In this document: positions 58,802 to 64,000 of the stretch, piece by piece
How positions within the stretch are numbered: the stretch's first letter is position 1
Layout: every line of letters starts with the position of its first letter
Assembly: GCA_047631555.1 (NCBI GenBank)
Contig: JBLHZY010000002.1
Span: 353,745 to 417,744, forward strand
From: Halocynthiibacter sp.
Lineage (GTDB): Bacteria; Pseudomonadota; Alphaproteobacteria; Rhodobacterales; Rhodobacteraceae
Direction: 5' to 3'
Length of the DNA: 64,000 nt
Program-made: the position numbers and the translations under genes
The notes under the pieces: model-generated
What the model was told of the DNA's origin: nothing
The model's database searches: none
Seen by the model: the letters and a program-made list of their open reading frames with translations, nothing else

Positions 58802-60060
58802 GCAATGGGGCCAAAATCGAGCGGCCCTTGGCGGCTTATGGCGCGGTCACGGCGGCTTACTGGGCGTTTATGCTCACGGATGGCGCGCTGCGGATGTTGG
58901 TGCTTTTGCATTTTCACACGCTTGGGTTTTCGCCTGTTCAGCTCGCCTATCTCTTTGTGCTTTATGAGATCGCCGGGATTGTCACCAACCTAAGCGCGGG
59001 CTGGATCGCAGCGCGCTTTGGGCTGACGTCTACGTTATATGCCGGGCTTGCGCTTCAGGTCGCCGCCCTTTTGGCGCTCGCACAGCTTGATCCGGCTTGG
59101 GGGATTGGCGCGTCTGTTGTCTTTGTGATGCTGGTGCAAGGGGCATCGGGCGTGGCTAAGGACTTGGCCAAGATGAGCGCGAAATCGGCGGTGAAATTGC
59201 TGGCCCCTGAGGCGCAGGGCGGGCTGTTTCGCTGGGTGGCGCTGCTGACGGGATCGAAGAATGCGATCAAGGGGTTTGGCTTTTTGGCGGGCGCCGGGAT
59301 GCTGGCGATTTGGGGGTTTGAGACGGCGGTTTTGGGGATGGCGGCTGTGCTTGGGGTGATCCTGATTGCAGTTATCTTTGGGATGCCAGCGGGCCTGCCG
59401 CGGGGTCGGCGCAGTGCCAAGTTCACAGAGGTATTCTCGAAAAATGCAAATCTGAATTGGCTGGCGGCGGCGCGGGTTTTTCTGTTTAGCGGGCGCGATG
59501 TTTGGTTTGTCGTGGGCATTCCGATCTATTTCCATGCGGTGCTGTCGGACGGCTCAGAGGCGGGAAATCGGGCCGCGTTTTTCACGATTGGGGGCTTCAT
59601 GGCCGTCTGGACAATCCTTTATGGCATTGTGCAAGCCGCTGCCCCGAAAATCCTGCGCGCTGCCAGCCGCCCGCAACAAGAGATGATCCGGGCCGCACAG
59701 ATCTGGGCCGCTTGGCTGATGGTGGTGCCCTTTGGGATGGCGCTCTTGGTCTGGCTCAGCGGGGCGCCCTCAATATGGCTGACGGGTGCGGTGATCGCGG
59801 GGCTTTTGATTTTTGGCGCGCTCTTTGCGGTGAATTCGGCGCTTCATTCCTATCTTGTTCTGGCTTTCAGCGATGGCGCACGGGTCACGATGGACGTTGG
59901 CTTTTATTACATGGCCAATGCGGCGGGGCGCTTGATCGGCACTTTGGCCTCGGGGATCAGCTACCAGATTGGCGGATTGGCGATGTGTCTGGCGGTTGCT
60001 GGCGGGATGGTGATGCTCTCTTGGCTCGCGGCGCGCCAGATGCCGGGCGCGGCGGCGTAA
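58798..60060 (+). CDS. arsJ: Organoarsenical (1-arseno-3-phosphoglycerate) efflux MFS transporter ArsJ.
   Basis: It is a 12-TM MFS-like protein. The N-terminal [22 protein letters not shown] block is as I recall for the ArsJ family. The GTG start overlaps the GAPDH stop. Confidence 0.8.
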   Translation: MSNGAKIERPLAAYGAVTAAYWAFMLTDGALRMLVLLHFHTLGFSPVQLAYLFVLYEIAGIVTNLSAGWIAARFGLTSTLYAGLALQVAALLALAQLDPAWGIGASVVFVMLVQGASGVAKDLAKMSAKSAVKLLAPEAQGGLFRWVALLTGSKNAIKGFGFLAGAGMLAIWGFETAVLGMAAVLGVILIAVIFGMPAGLPRGRRSAKFTEVFSKNANLNWLAAARVFLFSGRDVWFVVGIPIYFHAVLSDGSEAGNRAAFFTIGGFMAVWTILYGIVQAAAPKILRAASRPQQEMIRAAQIWAAWLMVVPFGMALLVWLSGAPSIWLTGAVIAGLLIFGALFAVNSALHSYLVLAFSDGARVTMDVGFYYMANAAGRLIGTLASGISYQIGGLAMCLAVAGGMVMLSWLAARQMPGAAA

Positions 60061-60245
60061 AACTTCTGCTAATTATTTCAGCGCTATAAGGCGGAGAAAC
60101 GGCAAATATTGCTGTATTGAGGGGATGTGATGCGGCAAGGCTGCATTTTTCCCTCACAACGTTCAGTTTTTAATGAACACAGTGGACAATTGGCAATGGT
60201 GCCCCTATCTGCTCTTGCAACAACGCGCATTTTTGGATCACCGGA

Positions 60246-60761
60246 ATGAATGATACCCCGACGCTCGCAGAAATCCGTGAGGGATTTATCGAGAAAATGG
60301 GCGTGATATCGCAAGGCGAAGGCTTTACGCGGATCACGGGGCGTGTGCTTGCGCTCTTGGTATTTGAGGGCGAGGCGGTTTCCTTTGGTGATCTGGCCGG
60401 GCAATTGGGCGTGAGTCGGGGCAGCATTTCGGCCGCTGTGCGCACGCTTGAAGAGCGATTGGTGATCAAACGGATCAGCAAGCCGGGCATTCGCCAAGAT
60501 TTCTTTTTGATCGAAGAGGGTGCATTTGAGCGCCTCCTTGGCGAAGCAGCGACGCGCGCGCGCGATGCACAGGCCGAAATAGATGCGACGATTGCGCTGC
60601 TCCCAATTGAGGCGAAATGCCACTTGGGGCGACTTCAGATTTTCTCGGATTTTTACCGCGCCGTCGAGGGCGCATTGAAGGTAGCCGAGCAACGACTTTC
60701 AGGAAATTGCATCTGCGGATCTCGCAAAGGCGCGAATTCCTCAGCAGATTCACAAGGATAA
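60246..60761 (+). CDS. GbsR/MarR-type transcriptional regulator.
   Basis: Seen: FIEKMGVISQGEGFTRITGRVLALLVFEG..VSFGDLAGQLGVSRGSISAAVRTLE. It lies directly upstream of an RND pump. Confidence 0.6.
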   Translation: MNDTPTLAEIREGFIEKMGVISQGEGFTRITGRVLALLVFEGEAVSFGDLAGQLGVSRGSISAAVRTLEERLVIKRISKPGIRQDFFLIEEGAFERLLGEAATRARDAQAEIDATIALLPIEAKCHLGRLQIFSDFYRAVEGALKVAEQRLSGNCICGSRKGANSSADSQG

Positions 60762-60766
60762 GAAAA

Positions 60767-61948
60767 ATGACGCAGGACAACCTTCCGGATCAAACGGGCA
60801 AACTCACTTTTGAAGGCGAAAAAGGGGCTGGTCGTTCCAAATGGATCGCGATGATCTTGGGGCTTGTTCTTGTCGGATGGATGGGCAGCGGATTTGTCTT
60901 GCCGTCCGAGCCAGAAGAGGTTGCCGAGGAAACCGCGCCCAAAATTCGCGCTATTGCGGTTTCGGTTATGGAATCCAAAGCGCGCGATGTGCAGCAGGTC
61001 TTTACCGCAGAAGGCCAATCCGAGCCGGATCGCATTACCTCCATTCGCGCGGAAACTTCAGGCGATGTTGAGTCCGTTAGCGTTGAGCGCGGGGATTTGC
61101 TCGCGACGGGTCAAGAGATCGCGCGGATTGCTTCGGGGACAGCTGAGGCGCAGCTCAAACAAGCGCAGGAGTCCAAGGCGCAGGCCGAGCGGACATATCA
61201 AAACACAGTGGCCTTGCAAGGCCGCGGCGTTGCCACCGAAGACCGCTTGACCGAAACGCGCACAGCGCTTGCTTCGGCGGAAACACAGCTTCGCTCGGCT
61301 CAGCAGGCCCTCGACAATACAATCATTCGTGCGCCCTTTCCGGGCCGTCTTAGCGGGCTGACGCTTGATGAGGGCGAATACGTCTCGACCGGAAGCCAGA
61401 TTGGCGAGATTTTGGACAATGATCCGCTGACAATCGCGATCCAAGTGCCCCAGCAGGCGCTCTCGCGGCTTAAGCGCGGACAGCCGGCGCAGGTTGAATT
61501 CATCACGGGCGAAAATCGCATTGGCACGGTTGGGTTCGTCGGCATGAACGCCAACGCGCAAACGCGGACTTTCCTTGCGGAGATCACGGTTGATAACCCC
61601 GACAGCGCCCTGCCTTCGGGGCTGAGCGCGAAGGTTAGCATCCCGACGGGCGCGGCGCGCGGGCACTTTATTTCGCCAGCGATCCTGTCGCTTAGCACCT
61701 CGGGCGAGCTTGGCGTAAAGGTTGTAAGCGCGGGCAATGTTGTTGAGTTTGCACCTGTGTCGATTGTGCGCGCGCAACGGGATGGGGTTTGGATCACCGG
61801 CCTGCCCGAAACGGCGCAGATTATCACTGTTGGCCAAGGCTTTGTGAATGGCGGCGAGGTTGTTGATCCACGGGTGGATGAAAAGGCGATGAGCGCGCTT
61901 GAAGCGGCGCTGAAAACCGTTGAATTGACTGTGGAATCCAAGCAATGA
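60767..61948 (+). CDS. Efflux RND transporter periplasmic adaptor subunit.
   Basis: It has an N-terminal TM, a coiled-coil hairpin (AEAQLKQAQESKAQAERTYQN...LRSAQQALDNTIIRAPFPG), then barrel-sandwich and beta-barrel regions. The start is at ATG 60767. Confidence 0.85.
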   Translation: MTQDNLPDQTGKLTFEGEKGAGRSKWIAMILGLVLVGWMGSGFVLPSEPEEVAEETAPKIRAIAVSVMESKARDVQQVFTAEGQSEPDRITSIRAETSGDVESVSVERGDLLATGQEIARIASGTAEAQLKQAQESKAQAERTYQNTVALQGRGVATEDRLTETRTALASAETQLRSAQQALDNTIIRAPFPGRLSGLTLDEGEYVSTGSQIGEILDNDPLTIAIQVPQQALSRLKRGQPAQVEFITGENRIGTVGFVGMNANAQTRTFLAEITVDNPDSALPSGLSAKVSIPTGAARGHFISPAILSLSTSGELGVKVVSAGNVVEFAPVSIVRAQRDGVWITGLPETAQIITVGQGFVNGGEVVDPRVDEKAMSALEAALKTVELTVESKQ

Positions 61949-64000
61949 ACACACTTATTGATGCAGCATTCGCGCGCGCAAAGTTCATCGTTTTAACGCT
62001 GATTTTCCTGCTTTTGGTCGGCTCTCTTTCCTATATGAGCATTCCAAAGGAAAGCGCGCCGGAAGTCCCAATTCCGCTGGTTTATGTCTCGGCAAGCCTT
62101 GAGGGAATTTCCCCGCAAGACGGCGAAAATGTTCTTGTGAGCCCGCTCGAAACCGAGCTTGCAGCTCTGAGCGGGCTAAAGAAAATGACCGCGACCGCTT
62201 CAGAAGGTCATGCCAGTATTCAGCTTGAGTTTGAGCCTGGTTTTGATGCTGCAGAGGCGCTTGATAAGGTTCGCGAAGCCAAAGATCGCGCTGAAAACGA
62301 TTTGCCTTCGGACGCGAAAGTTACCGTTACCGAGATCAACACAGCGCTCTTCCCGATCCTAACGGCGATCCTTTCGGGCCCTGTGCCTGAGCGGACGTTG
62401 AACGAGATTGCGGACGATCTTCAAGATAGTATCGAGGCGCTTGGCGGTGTTTTGGAAGTCAGCGTTGGTGGACAGCGCACAGAGCTTTTGGAAGTCCTGA
62501 TCGATCCGACCGTTTTTGAGACCTACAACATCTCTTTTGACGAATTGATCGGCTCGATCACGCGCAACAATCAGCTGATTGCCGCAGGCGCGATCGAAAG
62601 CGATGCGGGGCGTTTGGTTCTTAAAGTCCCCGGCTTGATCGAGAATTTCAGCGATGTGATGGAGCTGCCGGTTCTTGTCCGCGGGCAAACCGTTGTAACT
62701 TTCCAAGACGTCGCCACCGTGCGCCGGACTTTCGAGGATCCCTCCGGATTTGCGCGGATCAATGGTCAGCCGGCGCTTGCTTTGGAGGTCAAAAAGCGCG
62801 TTGGCTCCAACATCATTGATACGGTCAGCGAAGTGCGCAAGGTCATTGAAACAGCGAGCCTTGAATGGCCCGAAAGCGTTCATGTGACCTATATGCAGGA
62901 CGAAAGCGATCAGGTGAAATCGATGCTTTCGGACCTTGAGGCGAATGTGATCGCGGCCGTTATCCTTGTGATGATTGTGATCGTTTTCTCGCTTGGTTTG
63001 CGCTCTTCGGTTCTTGTTGGTCTGTCTATTCCGGGCGCGTTTTTGACCGGCGTCGCGGTGCTGTTTTTGATGGGCTATACGATGAATATCGTTGTGCTTT
63101 TCTCGTTGATCCTTGTGGTGGGAATGTTGGTGGACGGGGCGATTGTGACGGTCGAGCTGGCCGATCGCTATTTGCATGACGGGCACACTGCGAAGGTCGC
63201 TTACAACAAAGCCGCCAAGCGGATGGCTTGGCCGATTATCGCCTCAACCGCGACGACGCTTTGCGTATTTTTGCCGCTGTTGTTTTGGAACGGTGTTGTT
63301 GGCGAGTTTATGAAATACCTCCCGATTACGGTACTGATTACGCTTTCTGCCTCGATGTTCATGGCGCTTGTTTTCATTCCTGTCGTTGGCGGAATGATCG
63401 GCAAAAAGCAGGCGCAAACCCCCAAAGAGCGCGCCCAACACTTTGCCGCCGAGCGGGGCGATCCGCGCGATATGACCGGCTTCATGGGCGTTTATGTGAG
63501 CCTGCTCAAATGGTCGATTATGCGGCCTTGGGTGACGATCAGTTTTGCTATCATGGGCTTGATCGTTTCGTTTATTGCTTATGGCGCATTTGGCAACGGG
63601 CTAACGTTCTTCCCTTCGGTCGAGCCGGATTTTGCCCAGGTTGAGGTGCGCGCACGCGACAATTTCTCGATTTATGAGCAGGATGAATTGGTGCGGGCGG
63701 TTGAAACGCGCCTGCTGAAATACGGTGAAATCCGCAGCGTCTATGCGCGCACTGGCAAGAATAGCCAATCCGGCGAAGAGGTCATCGGCACGATCCAGCT
63801 TGAATTTGATGAATGGGATCGCCGCCGCACGGCTGCTGAAATCTCTGAGGACATCCGGACCGAGATGGCCGAAGTTGCCGGGATTGATGTTCAGGTTCAA
63901 ACCCAGTCGAACGGGCCAACCTCCGGCAAACCTGTCAGCATGGATGTGATCTCCAACAATCCGATTTTGCAGGCGGCGACGGTTCAGACTTTGCGCGATG
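61945..64000 (+). CDS. Efflux RND transporter permease (AcrB/HAE family). The 3' end runs off the window.
   Basis: My translation from ATG 61945 (ATGA overlap with the adaptor stop) gives MNTLIDAAFARAKFIVLTLIFLLLVGSLSYMSIPKESAPEV... and later VVGMLVDGAIVTVE. The frame stays open to 64000. It is absent from the track because it has no stop. Confidence 0.85.
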   Translation, partial: MNTLIDAAFARAKFIVLTLIFLLLVGSLSYMSIPKESAPEVPIPLVYVSASLEGISPQDGENVLVSPLETELAALSGLKKMTATASEGHASIQLEFEPGFDAAEALDKVREAKDRAENDLPSDAKVTVTEINTALFPILTAILSGPVPERTLNEIADDLQDSIEALGGVLEVSVGGQRTELLEVLIDPTVFETYNISFDELIGSITRNNQLIAAGAIESDAGRLVLKVPGLIENFSDVMELPVLVRGQTVVTFQDVATVRRTFEDPSGFARINGQPALALEVKKRVGSNIIDTVSEVRKVIETASLEWPESVHVTYMQDESDQVKSMLSDLEANVIAAVILVMIVIVFSLGLRSSVLVGLSIPGAFLTGVAVLFLMGYTMNIVVLFSLILVVGMLVDGAIVTVELADRYLHDGHTAKVAYNKAAKRMAWPIIASTATTLCVFLPLLFWNGVVGEFMKYLPITVLITLSASMFMALVFIPVVGGMIGKKQAQTPKERAQHFAAERGDPRDMTGFMGVYVSLLKWSIMRPWVTISFAIMGLIVSFIAYGAFGNGLTFFPSVEPDFAQVEVRARDNFSIYEQDELVRAVETRLLKYGEIRSVYARTGKNSQSGEEVIGTIQLEFDEWDRRRTAAEISEDIRTEMAEVAGIDVQVQTQSNGPTSGKPVSMDVISNNPILQAATVQTLRD

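Noticed and set aside
1-64000. A search by eye for CRISPR arrays, tRNA or rRNA genes, IS elements, integrases, phage genes and toxin-antitoxin pairs.
   Set aside because: I saw no spaced direct repeats, no tRNA-like T-loop (GGTTCGAATC-type) in any intergenic gap, and no transposase or integrase motifs in any frame. Absence is by inspection only and should be confirmed with tRNAscan-SE, Infernal and ISfinder-type searches.

Overview
The window is a 64-kb chromosomal segment of moderately high GC. It looks like a Rhodobacteraceae-type alphaproteobacterium; this is an inference from the Hint_2-type proteins, the RibH2 gene behind an FMN riboswitch, and the gpmI-envC-ctpA-rppH and serA-serC/serB gene order. 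Most of it is housekeeping. It contains a 3'-truncated hybrid histidine kinase and an alpha-2-macroglobulin/PbpC pair. It also contains a thiolase, serA/serC/serB, rlmN, dapD, dapE, RNase R, a lytic transglycosylase, ctpA/envC/gpmI, rlmH/rsfS, an MscS channel and leuC/leuD/leuB. The window ends with an arsR-GAPDH-arsJ arsenate module and a GbsR-type regulator with a 3'-truncated RND efflux pump. I found no rRNA, tRNA, CRISPR array, transposase or integrase. One RNA element is clear: an FMN riboswitch upstream of ribH. Five parts look accessory or unexplained. (1) At 45.8-49.9 kb there is a lower-GC tandem array of four diverged paralogous lipoprotein genes. Each has its own upstream region and its own terminator hairpin, and the copies carry conserved candidate operator motifs. 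This is my best candidate for an undescribed system. (2) At 24.5-27.3 kb there is a two-gene Hint-domain cassette; one copy has the nucleophilic Cys and the other lacks it. (3) There is a GluR0-like gene encoding a binding protein with an embedded channel. (4) At 33.4-34.7 kb there is a small island of atypical composition with two translationally coupled unknown ORFs. (5) There is an M24 hydrolase / M20 deacylase / class-III aminotransferase cluster. All protein calls rest on motif recognition by eye in the supplied translations. Coordinates of short motifs were hand-counted and may be off by 1-2 nt. CDS starts were refined from the longest-ORF track using RBS and signal-peptide logic and are less certain than the stops.
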